Shown: piece after piece, positions 13,490 to 25,462 of the stretch
Numbering within the stretch: the stretch's first letter is position 1
Layout of the letters: each line of letters begins with the position of its first letter
Source of the DNA: Podarcis gaigeae
Taxonomy: Eukaryota
Assembly (NCBI GenBank): GCA_964106915.2
Contig: OZ066918.1
DNA: 64,000 bases
Strand: one strand, 5' to 3'
Notes under the pieces: model-generated
The model's database searches: none
What the model saw: the letters and a program-made list of their open reading frames with translations, nothing else
Told to the model about the DNA's origin: nothing
Translations under genes and position numbers: made by a program

Positions 13490-13645
13490 ACCTCATCAGG
13501 GTTCAAGGGCACATTCAAGCCAGGCAAAAACACCCAATGATGGTATGGCTTGAGTGGGTGGCTGTCCAGGGAAGAGTCCAAAGGGGTGGACAGAGAGGCC
13601 CAGAGGGCCACATTTCAGCCCAACACTTGAGGTTCCCCATCCCTG
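13490..13645. mobile_element. Degraded hAT-type non-autonomous element
   Basis: Ends in gagggccacatt...gaggttccccatccctg, the terminus shared with the hAT MITE family in this window. The left end is unclear. Confidence 0.45.
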
Positions 13646-15312
13646 CAATAGAGAAATGAAGGTCATATATATGCTGTAGGCTAGAATCTCTGAGGCTCTG
13701 GTCTTCCATTCTCATGGCCTTCAGTGTCTGAGAAGGTGCTGATTTTGCCACACATCAGGCTCAGTAAGGAAAATGTAATGCAGTCCTAAACACATTTACT
13801 GATAAAGTAAGTTCCATGGAGTTAAATGGCACCTACTGCCAAGGAAGTGTACACAGGAGTACAGCTTTGAGTGCCATCCATGATGAGTGCTATCATCAAT
13901 AAGGAGATATAAAAGTCTTGTTCTCGGTTAGAGCATCCCACTTCTGATTGCAGAGCTGACCTCATAACTGACAGCTGCACACCAAAAGTTCCTGGACAGA
14001 GAAAACCAATGTCAGTAGGAGAAGGATTCTAGTCTTAGTTTTCCCTTCAGCTGCTTTTCTGTACGTAGAGATTATTTTCCTAATGGAGCAACATTCAGTC
14101 ACTGGAACCTCACCAGATGGGCCTAGACACAAGTTTACTACCTCCAGTTAGACAAGTGTGACAATGCCAAGAATCTGACTAAAATGGTCCGAAATGGACA
14201 ATGGTCTTTCAATTTGCTGCTACCTTTAACCAAAATGGTTCTGTTCTCCCTTTCCCAATCCACGAAGACTTGCACGCTGCAGCAGCAGAAGGCATAGTCA
14301 TTTGGCTCCGAAATTAGGAAACCCAACACCAGCTCTTTCGTCTTGGCGTCCAGCCACCAGAAGATAGTTCTCAGTGTGTCAGGCTATTCTTAGAAGAGTT
14401 AAACAATGTGATTAGACAGCGGCAGTCTGGTTGTGGGAGCCTGTGTTTCCTCCAAGACAATGAAAGTGAACACAAACGTGTGTGTTTCTCGGGATGAAGG
14501 TGAACAGAACTCATGACATTCCCAGAATGGCATGTGCGCAAAACACTATAGAGGAAACCTTCTTCAGAAGTGCTGGGCACGGACTTTACTCTGGGAATTG
14601 TGGTTGCATGACAAACACTTTCCCCCCTTTAAAAAATCTCAACTATCACTTGGACAGGCTTTGAAGCAGCCCCTTCCTTGCATAAGAAAGTGCTACTCTT
14701 AAGGATACAAAAGGTGGACATAACATAAAAAGAAAACCCAGGGTGGATTCCTAAGCCCAGCTTTGTAACTGAGATGACAGGTGTGCATGCCAGTGAATGA
14801 AACGCTGGCTCAGGCACCTGTGCTGCCCCACCTCCTATACTTCAGGCAGACTCTGAGCCCCTTAAATAAAATGTTTTAATGAAAATGGGCGACCAGTGGC
14901 ACTCTAGGTGTTGTTGGGCTACAACTCCCTTTGTCTCTGACTAATGGCCAAGCTGGCAGGGGTTTATGGGAATTGGAGTCTGGCGACAAGGTCCTTTCCT
15001 GCACTACCGGATGCTACCATTTCAGCTCTTGAACTTGAACAAAGCAGCTCCTCTGCTTTACACGTGTCCTTCACTCAGAGGACAATGCCTGCATGGGCAA
15101 CTGAACTCAGAGAAACCACAAGAATGGAAGGCAATCTAAAAATGTAACCTCCCCATTCTCTGGTTAAGAATTGGGTCACTTCTGCACTGATTTCTTAGGG
15201 AAGTGACCTAGAGACAAAGTGACCTCCCTTTGTGGGCTTTCTTCCAGGAAACAGAAAAACACCAGCCAGCACAGGAAGCAGGTCCCAGGCCAAGTGGTAT
15301 GTGGCACAGATG

Positions 15313-15318
15313 TTTATT
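15313..15318 (-). terminator. Candidate polyadenylation signal of LHPP (3'UTR about 330 nt)
   Basis: tttatt on + is AATAAA on -, about 310 nt past the stop codon. The minus-strand sequence downstream is GU/U-rich (gctggctggtgtttttctgtttcc). Confidence 0.65.
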
Positions 15319-15629
15319 CAGTGATAGGACATGGTTAGACGTACCCAAAACAGTTACGATACAAAAGATTCAGAAGGGTGGCTGCTATAAGGATGCACTA
15401 GACTTCATTACTTTTCGCTGTAGTCAGTATTTCACTGTAGTTACTTGCAAAGACAAGTTAGAAAAACTAGACTTTTGAGGCATGTATGTAGTGCTCCTCA
15501 CTGCAACATAATTACTGCATTTAAAAACTAGGTGAATGTAAACAAGCTGAGCAGAGATGTGCACCAAAGGTCACAGACCTCAAGTTAAGTCACCCATCTT
15601 TATGCCTTCAGTCATTCCTCGCAGCTCCA

Positions 15630-15726
15630 TTACTTATGCAGTTGTTTTAGAATCACATCCACAGCTTCTGCAAGGTTGTTCACATAACCATCAGCCTTCA
15701 CTTCTGGGTGGTGCTCATCACAAGGC
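15630..15726 (-). CDS. LHPP: Last coding exon of LHPP (phospholysine phosphohistidine inorganic pyrophosphate phosphatase, HAD IIA family)
   Basis: The reverse complement reads ttctgtcttttgtctctaccccAG|G CCT TGT GAT GAG CAC CAC CCA GAA GTG AAG GCT GAT GGT TAT GTG AAC AAC CTT GCA GAA GCT GTG GAT GTG ATT CTA AAA CAA CTG CAT AAG TAA = (R)PCDEHHPEVKADGYVNNLAEAVDVILKQLHK*. This matches recalled human RPSDEHHPEVKADGYVDNLAEAVDLLLQHADK. Canonical acceptor AG at 15728-15727 with a polypyrimidine tract; 97 nt including the stop. Confidence 0.95.
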
Positions 15727-15957
15727 CTGGGGTAGAGACAAAAGACAGAATGGATGATGTCTTTCAACCAGGTGCATATGCATAAATGGTGAGCAACACA
15801 GTCTCAGGATTTGTGAACCAGATTTCCCAGGGCTTTTAAAGCCATCAGTAATTCAGCCCCCAGTTCACTAATGAGTTGGTGTCTATGTAACTTTATATAA
15901 ACAGAATTCCATGTCATTAAACAAGGGTGAATAAAAGGTTTGGAGATCTTCCAGCTC

Positions 15958-16081
15958 TGAAGTGGGGAATCTGTGACCCTCAATTGGACTCCAATTCCCA
16001 CCAGCTCTAGCCAGCATGGCCGATGGTCAGGGATGATGAGAGCCCAACAATATCTGAAGAGCCACAAGTTTCCTAAACCTG
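15958..16081. mobile_element. hAT-type palindromic MITE (ggggaacctgtggccctccagatgttg family), degraded
   Basis: gtggggaatctgtgaccct...actccaattcccaccagc...ccagcatggc...tctgaagagccacaagtttcc; same family as 17653-17778 and 36833-36970. Confidence 0.6.
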
Positions 16082-17652
16082 TTAGACCATTTCAATAATG
16101 AACATCCCTGTATTTAATGGATACAAAGAAGGGGACATAATATTTATGTAGCAATGCCCCCAAATACAACCTTCATTTGCAGTTTAGTTTAGATGACTTG
16201 TTTCTGGGTCTACAACAAAGTTTGTTTAATCATGTCCTGTCAACTTCGTAGCAGTTTAGTTGTAGCATCTTGGACTAAAGGCCAGATCTCTCATTACTGT
16301 TCCTTTTTTTTCGCTGATTCACACGCCTCTGTATCTCTTTCCCCAGATATCAGATGTATATTTTGGCTGTGGTGTCTGCAGCAAGAGTATTGGGCCTCAT
16401 CCAAGATGGGAATTAGAGCTGGATGCATGTCCAGGGACACTGCCTGGGTCCTGTGGGGATGTCAGGGACAGTCATGAGAACACAGTCGTGCAAATAGCTT
16501 TAGTCGTTCTCCAACTCCTCTTTTCAACCGTGTAAATGGCACAACTATATTTACTGAAGGGTATTTCCTCAATCTGTGAACAAATGTTTGCCAGAGGATG
16601 TGTGCAGGTTACAGCACCCACTTGTAATACGTGTCAGAACATGAAATATATTTCAGTTCCTGAGGTGAGAACTCCTAAGGCCTTGTTCCTCTGATCATAT
16701 TTCTGAAGTCCTCTTACTTTATTGAGAGAATTAAATTCCTTACAAAGCCCCTGAGGACTATCCTTCATTGGTAATCTATAAAAATACCAGCCCACAGAAG
16801 ATTAGAAATGCTGATATCAAGCTTTGCTGAAGAAGAAAAAAATGGAATGTTCCAAAGAGGATTGTTCTGAGTGTGTTTGCCAAGGAAAGATGAAGCTACA
16901 TGAAGAAGTCTCCATCTTTTCTTCACTGCATTATAATGCCTGAGGTAAAAATTAGAGCCTTGTTGCCAAATTTGTCTCTGTGCTACGATCAGCCATGTAT
17001 CTGTGCATTTAACAGCTTACATTCAGGTAAGAGATTACTGTGGGAAGCAGGGACTCATGCAATACCATAGCAGAATCATTTGAGAAGAGGAATTCTCATT
17101 CTTCATATATTATGGAAGTTGCTGCAGCATCATTGCTTGAGTTCCCACCTCACACAAATAGACCGCTCAGATGGTCTGGTCAAAATAAATAAAACCAGGG
17201 CTTCAAAACTTTTAGGGTATCCTTCATAGATACAAGACCACAAGCCTGCTGTATTCAGATGCCTCCCAACTTGTGGAAGATTAAAAAAATGGGCATGGGT
17301 GGGGTAGGGTTACTGCACTTGCCCTCAGTGACTTATTTCATGTTGCAACTTCTCTCTTTTGTAATGCCTGAAGAGGGCTTATGTGGCCTCCTAATTTTGT
17401 AATGTTTTGCAGTTTCAGGGGCTCCAGCTCTTATCCCCTTAGCTCTACTGGCCACAAAGTCTTCCTTGCTCCATGACGTGTAAGGAAACATAGATTTTAT
17501 GATTTCTGTATGTACAATTTTGTAATAGGAATTTTTTTAATAGAAAGAAAAGAAACACTGATGTGGAGATGACCCCTCTACAAAATGGAAACACACACAT
17601 ATGCGGACACTTTGTGCGTGCATCAGATACACATAGGGTTCTATGTTTAGAT

Positions 17653-17778
17653 TGGAGATGGGGAACATGTGCTGTCAGACTCCAACTCCCATCAGCCCCA
17701 GCCAGCAAAGATAATGGCCTGGCACTATGGGATTTATAGGCAAACAACATCTGGAGGCTTATAGGTTCCCCATCCTAC
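17653..17778. mobile_element. hAT-type MITE with an 8-bp TSD
   Basis: TSD gtttagat at 17645-17652 and 17779-17786; TIR core gatggggaac / gttccccatc. Confidence 0.8.
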
Positions 17779-18473
17779 GTTTAGATGGAGAATGTGACTC
17801 ACCATGGTGTCCCTCTGTCTTAACAGCAGTAATTTCACAGTTGGGATGTTGTAGCAAATAGTCATAACCTAATACCTTTTAACCTTGAGCTCAGAAAATT
17901 TTATTATTGTTGATACATAGGCCCATCTGGTAATCTGTTGTTTGTTTTGCAGTTTCCTTTGTAGAGCTCAAAAATAAAGTCCAGTGTGCAAAGGAATGTG
18001 TTTTCTTTCCTTTTTCTGCACATCAGGGTTTAGAGAGCTGCCAGAACCTCACCAGCAAATGACAAGAACAAATGGTTCCCATGCCAACAGATTTTTTTTT
18101 TTAAAAAAATTAATTCAATGGGAAGAAAATTGTTGCTGCCATATTGAAACATTTGTTTTCGTTCACAGCGTGAGACGAATTCAAAGACAGGGCTGTTTTA
18201 TTTTGAATACCTTTCAGATTAAATCCCCAACACCATATTTCTTTACCAAAGTCATTTTTATACTACATACAAGCTACGCACCAAAGCCTTCTGATGTGGA
18301 AACTTGGTAGACCAGCAAATTCAAATATACGAATGGAAGAAAACATTACCCTTAAGCTGGATAATTGAAGTTGCAAGCGGGCTTCAAGAGCATAAATTGG
18401 TGAAGTACAGGAAGAGTGGGGAACCTCCAGATATTGTTGGACTCCAGGAGCCCCAGTCAGCATGCCCAATGGG

Positions 18474-18636
18474 CAGTGGCGTAGCGTGGGTTGTCAGCAC
18501 CCAGAGCAAGGCAAGTAATTTGCGCCCCCTAACCCGTGGATTTTAGTAGGGGCAGAGAGCTGTGAGTGCGAAAGCGCCCCCCAGATGTTGCGCCCGGTGC
18601 GGCCGGCCCCCCTGCACCCCCCACGCTACGCCACTG
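18474..18636. mobile_element. Young GC-rich hAT-type MITE nested in an older MITE
   Basis: Perfect 17-bp TIR cagtggcgtagcgtggg / cccacgctacgccactg and perfect 8-bp TSD ccaatggg (18466-18473, 18637-18644). Confidence 0.92.
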
Positions 18637-19245
18637 CCAATGGGCGTAGCCAGTCCCTGAACTGCCACCCCATCCCTTATGAAAGGAAACAAAGTAGGAA
18701 TATTTACAAATGGAAATTACCCAACCATAGCAACAAAATATTAGTTAGCCCACTGGTGCTCAGTTGGTGGTTCATGAACATCAGCTGGTGCAGTATATTA
18801 TCACCAGACGTGGTAAAAAAATTAAGAGATGTGGCCTCAAATGCATATTTGAGTTAATGGTTGGATCTGAAAGTGTTGAAGATTGCTGATTTGTCCATGT
18901 TGGGAATGGCAATAAGGGAAATATATGTTGTATGTTATGTTATGTTATTTGAAAACCAATAGCTGTGCCAAAGTTTTAAATATTGTATGCCATAACAACA
19001 ACAACAACATCCCAGTCCACTTTATCAGCTATATCACCAGTTGGATCAAGAATGGAGTTTTGAGGTAAACCAGCTACTTTATGGCATATCAGGGAATTTT
19101 CAAATACATTTATTTTCATACTGTGTAAAGAACCTAAGGCTCCCTTTATATGACCATGACAATCCCATGGTAATGGCTAAGGGCAATTTTCCTCATTTAC
19201 TTTTAGATTATTTTGTAATATTTGTGCTATTCTGAGCTATTTAGC

Positions 19246-19541
19246 TGTCAGGGACACGCCCAGCAGAGAGGAATCTCCAGAGAAGGCTGCACCTGAGTCT
19301 CCAAGAAGTAGGAGGCGGAGCAAGCGATTAGAGCAGAGGCGGGCCAGCAGGAGGCAGGGGAGGATGTGGTGTATATTTGGCCTTGGGAGGGGTCAGAAGC
19401 CAGTCGAGTCAACTGACTCCAACGGCAAAGGATGAATTGTGGAAGCTTGGACTGCTGTAAGCCTGTTGTTGAGAAATAAACCTCAGCTACTTAAAGTGCC
19501 AGTATTCTGTGTCTTGAGTGGGACAAGCACTAAACCTTACA
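19246..19541 (+). mobile_element. Solo LTR (Gypsy- or ERV-like)
   Basis: Termini TGTCAGG...CCTTACA (TG...CA, short inverted repeat); 5-bp flanks ttagc/ctagc (1 mismatch); TATA-like gtatattt at about 19371; AATAAA at 19475-19480. Confidence 0.7.
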
Positions 19542-19721
19542 CTAGCTAAAGGAAAAGTAATTGTTCGTTCCATTAAAGACATTTTCAAAGGGCGCTCATA
19601 TCTTCATAGTCAGGACCAAGAAGTAAACTTCATTACAGGCTCCACATTCTTCCTAAAGCAGAATAATTTAAATTGCTAAAAGGTGCGCCTCTATTTCTTG
19701 GATAACAGCCAAAAACCTTCA

Positions 19722-19838
19722 GACAAACAAGTCTGCAGAAAATATCTGTGTAAATGCAACCTTGGACAAAGGGTAATTCTGACAAACAAGTCTGCAGAAA
19801 GTAACTGTAAAGGCAATCTTGGACAAAGAGAAATTCTT
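19722..19838 (+). repeat. Tandem duplication of a ~59-bp unit
   Basis: gacaaacaagtctgcagaaa...tgtaaa.gcaa.cttggacaaag...aattct occurs twice. Confidence 0.85.
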
Positions 19839-20574
19839 CTGAGATAATTTGCTATATTCTGGATTTGCTAAGAATGTCATCACATGTAAAAACCCTATGG
19901 CCAGTTTGCACAATTCTATGGTAATGTCACTTTTCAATAGACTGAATAAGTTTACTTCAGGAAAACAGAAATGGGTCTGCAGGAGAGCTATTTCATGAGT
20001 AAAGAATGGGGCCTTGGTTTTTTAATGATGTAGGGAGAAATATGAAGATAGGGATGCATGACACTTTCATAAGAAATACATCAAGGTAGCATACAACAGA
20101 ATAACAAAATACATTAAAGCAGCATATAACATGTCAATAAAAATGGTTGCTTAAAAAAAAATCAAATTCCAAAGGTCTGTCAGAACAGTGCAGTTTTTAA
20201 AAAAATTGTCTGAAAGAAATCAGAGATGTCTCCAATCTTTCACACTGCAGGCTCATTGCCTGGCAAATACTGACTGAACATCAGGGACCACCAAAAGTGT
20301 ACCACCAGATGATCTCAGTAATATGAATATACAGGAAATATTTTGTGTGTGTGTGTGTTGTACTCTTATAAGGCATGCCCAGCACAGAGGTGCATGAACA
20401 ATCCTACTTTGGCTATTAATGCCCTGCGTAAATACAGGAAGTACAGCTCACTTTCACATGCTGTATCATGAAAGCCAATAATGTTTGTTTCAATCTGCTC
20501 TTGACATTCTAAAGTGACTGATGGGAGTGTGGTATTATCCTGTACCACCCACAGAGTTTCCTTATCCACAAGTA

Positions 20575-20930
20575 AAAGTAAAGGTAAAGGGGCCCCTGAC
20601 CAGTAGGTCCAGTCGTGGCTGACTTTGGGGTTGCGACACTCATCTCGCTTTATTGGCCGAGGGAGCCGGCGTACAGCTTCCGGGTCATGTGGCCAGTATG
20701 ACTAAGACGCTTCTGGCAAACCAGAGCAGCACACGGAAATGCCGTTTACCTTCCCACCGGAGCGGTACCTATTTATCTACTTGCACTTTGAGGTGCTTTC
20801 GAACTGCTAGTTGGCAGGAGCAGGGACCGAGCAACGGGAACTCACCCTGTCGCAGGGATTCGAACCGCCGACCTTCTGATCGGCAGGCCCTGGGCTATGT
20901 GGTTTAACCCACAGCGCCACCCGCGTCCCT
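20575..20930 (-). mobile_element. Sauria SINE (lacertid/Podarcis-type), full length
   Basis: The minus strand begins gggacgcgggtggcgctgtgggttaaacc, has the B-box ggttcgaatcc and an (acctt t)n tail. Flanking TSD cacaagta at 20567-20574 and 20932-20939. Colinear with 54230-54573. Confidence 0.92.
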
Positions 20931-23900
20931 TCACAAGTACTTGCACATAAATTTCTTATTTTTTCATACACTCCCCTCCCCTGTATAAATGCCCAGGTTT
21001 TACTCACTCACTCCAAGTTGGAGTCAAGGTAAGAACCCCATTGTTCAAATATATAAATACACGGACATCTCCTAACATTACTGGTTTGTTGGATGTCCCT
21101 GCACTTTTAATCTGTATAAAGGTTGGGAGCAGACAGGTAAAAACAATAAAGACAGAATGAAACCAAAAGAAGGGCAAATGTATACTGCAACCAGAGTGCA
21201 TGCAATGGCTAATGATAGCTAGCTTTTTTGGCTGCCATGTTGATGAAGGCCCCAGAGAGCATTAGCATTAAAAGCTGATAAAAACACAGCTACTGCAGCG
21301 ATAAAGGCCATATAAATAGGAATTTGTTTATGCATGGAGGGCATGGGCCAGGGTGGATCCATATGTGTGTTAACTAGAATCTGTTAAAATCCTGGTGCAT
21401 TCAAGCAACTCTTGGCAGATTTGCTATTACATTCACGTGCCTACAGAGTACATTAACACACCACATAGATGCAGTTTATGCTGGACAGACTACGCAGCTG
21501 GAAAGCAGGCTTAACTGCACAGCTTCTCCCACAAACCACCAGAAGAGCAACATAATTTATTTCCTTCATAAATAGAGAAAGCGAAGAAATGTCAGGAAAC
21601 TGCAGTCTTGGGTTCTCTTTTTCTGTTGCCATCTCCCTCCATACCCCTGGGCAAGGCAGCATGCTCACATGTAGAAGAGCCGACCAAAGACAGTAGGCTT
21701 TAAGTTAAGAGACCCATGAGAGGCTTTCCTTTCTCCCGTTAACACATACAGAGCGGATCAAGCTTCTCTCTTCCTTCAGCCTGACTTCGGCAAGACACAT
21801 CCCTGCAACTCCATCTGAATCTTTCACCACACACCCAGCGACTTGAACGAGGTGGGTTGGGCTTTGAGCCACTGCACATGTGTGCTGAAGAGGGCTCTGG
21901 GAAGGGCTGGCACGAAGCCTAGTGGAGAGTATTGACTTATAACCATGTTCCAGCTCCTTTGTTGTGGCTTCCAGTTGACAGAGGACTTTTAACAACATGG
22001 CTAAATCATTAAGAATCTGGCTCTGGTGCATCCCTGATGAACATTAAAACGTTAATAATGTTGAGATAAAGATCACTGGGGAAGGTTTCTTGCTCAACTT
22101 GCTTGTATATAAAATAAAAATGTGAAGTGTAGCATGTTGTTTTTTTTTAAAAAAACTCATTCTGTTGTTTGGGAGCCCAGCCAGTTTCCTGTAGCAATTG
22201 AGAACCTCAGTTATTCCAAAGCTGTCCCATGTGCTCTAGAGTAAATACACATAACTTCGCAGGGCGAAAGCAAGGTAAACAGCAAACTATCTGGTTCCTA
22301 TCCTCCTGTCACATGTTAGTGTCTTTATTACTAAGGCTGCAGTCCTATGCATACTTTGGAATAAGTCCCATTGAACTCTGTGGAGCTTACTTCTGAGTAA
22401 ACATGCACAGGACGAGGCTGTCCATCACGCTACTTGACTATATTTAAGTTTCAAGTCTTTTTGTCTTTTCAGTGTCTGTATGTCTCCCAAGATCTGGTTG
22501 TGCATTTTAAAGAAAGAAAGAAAAGAAATAAGGTACAATACAAAGTAAAGACAAACTGTATTTGTGGAACTAAGTCCTTGAAGAATTATTTTTAAAACGG
22601 CAGGGTTGGCAAACATGCATGCATTTGTGCATATAGAGAGAAGGGAGGGTGGAGCCTTGCCCCAAGTATTCCATTCCTGACATGAGCAGCCAAGGAAGGA
22701 TGAGGTCACAAGGAAAGAAAGAAAAACTTTAAAGGAACCAGCAATGAGAAAGCAGTCATTAGTTAATTAATAGTTAAGTGATCAAACATTAATTGTTACG
22801 TGATTAAACATTAATAATTTTATAGACAGTAGATTTCCAAATGCTTAAGAAGTTGTTTCTAGGATACTTCTTCTAGCCTTAAAGGGTAACATAGTCCGCC
22901 TTTCGGGAGGGAATAATTATTGCTGAAACTAATATTCAAATAGAATCACTAGCAGATTTTACAGATTTCAATCTTCTGTTTGCATATATTATGTGCAACA
23001 ATTGTCAGAAACCCAGGTCCCTGGGCAGGGCTGAAAGGTACATGAGGATGCCATCTTGCTGAAGCAAAACAGTTTTGAATCTGCTCAGTGACTCCCTGGG
23101 AACCACATACAATACAAAGTGGGAATTTCTTAAGCCATGTGTATTTGATTGTATTTCTTTATCATGCATCTCCACATCAGTGTAAATTTCATAGACCTTA
23201 GATCTGAGCAGATGCACATAGAACAAGATGGGGGGGGAGGAGTAGAGGATTAAATGATGTGCTTGTGCATGGTGCATGCTTCATATGCAAAAACAAAAAC
23301 ATTAATAATATTAATTGTTTTTAAAAAGGGTTTTAGACAAGACATGTTGCTGTCAGCCACAAGAGCCTCATGAACTGAATTGCCATTTGTTAGCTTTTAC
23401 ATGGTTCTATAACCAGGAGTCCCATGCCTTCTCTACTGGCATGCTAATGTTATATATTGCTTATGGACCTGGTAGCTTCCAAATTACAGGGGAAAGCTGT
23501 TTAGTCCATTCATCCATTTTGACAGGAGAAGCTCTTGCCAGCTGCTTAGGCCAACCTTCCAAATGTGCATTTCAGAGAGAGGAAGATCAGAAAGTCTGCC
23601 TAGCTGGAATGAAACAAGGAAGGCTATAATACCATCTAATAGGCTTTGTCTACTCTTTGGGATGATTCCTGAAATCTGTCACTTCATCTTAAGCAACAAA
23701 TTATTTGCGTTTAGGGATACGATTTTCTTATTTATTGATTTTCTCCCATTTGCCAATTCTTTTTGGTTTCTAAATCCTCTTCATACTATTAATCTAATTT
23801 GAATATGTGATACAGTTGGGGGTAGAGATGTTGAAAACACATAAATGATAAAATCAATGCATTACAGTTAGATGGGACTCCGGGCTTTGGGTGTGAATGT

Positions 23901-24719
23901 AAAGATGCTGGTGGAAATCAAAGTGTTCCCATGCTGAGTTGGCTGGGAAGACTGTAATCAGAGGATTTGTATGTCTTACATATGGGTGCACTGAGCACTG
24001 CTGTTCTTTGTGTATAGCACAGCTGTTTTCAATAAAACTGCATCTCCATTATCCCCCTCTAACGGCAAATGTTCAAATGTCAACCCCTCTTGCCAGTTTA
24101 CTAAAAAAAAACAGGGAAAGAAATTGTCACTGTGTTGTTATAATTCAAGGGTAATATCCCTCTGTCTTCTTAGTTTTATTACCAATGAACAAGATTATTC
24201 CTGCCTTCGCCATGTGGCCCTATTCAGACAGAAACAATTCAAGCACACCAAAGAGGAACTTTCCCAGTAGGTACACAGAAAGTATATACTTTGAAGCTTC
24301 CAGGCCTAACTCCAAACAAGCAGCACCTTAAATATACCTACAGAATTAACAGACAAAGGACACAAATAACTCACTGGACATTAAAAAAGTTAATTTCTAG
24401 TTCTTTGCCAAGCTAGCTAGAATGCTATAGAATTCCCAGTTCACATTGTAGATCACAACAACCAGACTACAGGTATGTGCATTAAATCTGCTAATGGGAT
24501 GGAGTTGGGGATAGAAAACGAAGACTGTTTTGGTCATTTCATTCTGGGATACATACAATGGAGGCTAGCCCACTAGGACAAGTAGGGCACTGTCCCACCA
24601 ACCTCGGACTCTAACTTACAGACCTGTGGAAACGATAGCAAAATATATAGTTTGTATAGTACATTGAACATTCAAAAGCATGATAGTAATGCCGCCGCCA
24701 CCACCATCATCAAATACTG

Positions 24720-24910
24720 ATTTGAGAACTGTATCCAATAATATGGCAATCGTTTGGGATTTGATGCTGGATAAAAGGGTCAACCTGGCATGGATTACAG
24801 AAACCTTGCTGGATGAATTAGGGGTCCCCGCTCTGACTCAGTTGTGCCATCACTTTTCTTCTGTGTAGCGTCAATGGAAAGATTTAAGAGGGGTGGGTGG
24901 GTGGTTGCTT
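24720..24910 (+). mobile_element. L2-clade LINE endonuclease fragment, degraded
   Basis: The translation RTVSNNMAIVWDLMLDKRVNLAWITETLLDELGVPALTQLC resembles the APE motif NARS..NK...DL..ITETWL; a downstream gggtggttgct gives a GGVA-like motif. Confidence 0.6.
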
Positions 24911-25094
24911 TTAAATAGAGACCAGGCTTGGCGATATTAATACACGAATATTCTGAAGACACACACTTAAAAATAGGAGAATTTCTCTCAAGGGTGCAAA
25001 CATATTTGGGCGGCTGTTGTCATACACACACACAAATAAATGCCAAAAAGAGAGATCTGGACTGAATAATTCAGACCAGCATTACCACACATCA

Positions 25095-25240
25095 GAAAAT
25101 CCTAGTTTGAATCTCACCTCTGCCATGAACTCTCTAGGTGGCCACTTTGGTTCATCTGCAATATGAAGGATCATAATACTGACTTTCCCTGTGAGAAGCA
25201 CAACTAGAAAACAAACGCGAAACCCATGAAAACTTGAACT
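25095..25240 (+). mobile_element. Old MIR/CORE-like SINE remnant
   Basis: cctagtttgaatctcacctctgccatgaactc...catctgcaatatg...ataatactgac. Confidence 0.45.
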
Positions 25241-25247
25241 TGCTATA

Positions 25248-25462
25248 CAGTGGTACCTCTGGTTACGTACTTAATTCGTTCCGGAGGTCTGTTCTTAAGC
25301 TGAAACTGTTCTTAACCTGAAGCACCACTTTAGCTAATGGGGCCTCCTGCTGCTGCTGCGCGATTTGTGTTCTCATCCTGAAGCAAAGTTCTTAACCCAA
25401 GATACTATTTCTGGGTTAGTGGAGTCTGTAACCTGAAGCGTCTGTAACCCGAGGTACCATTG
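25248..25462. mobile_element. Tc1/mariner/pogo-type MITE (same family as 12464-12697)
   Basis: TA|cagtggtacctctggtt ... aacccgaggtaccattg|TA. Confidence 0.9.

Noticed and set aside
19722-19838. Direct repeats with intervening sequence, superficially CRISPR-like
   Set aside because: Only two units, the intervening parts are also homologous, the context is vertebrate and there are no cas genes; a simple tandem duplication
20820-20930. tRNA-like A/B boxes (also 54230-54310, 37040-37097, 43250-43300)
   Set aside because: These are SINE heads, not tRNA genes; there is no complete cloverleaf
21288-21320. Possible CArG box (ccatataaatagg)
   Set aside because: Nine A/T bases lie between CC and GG, not the six required
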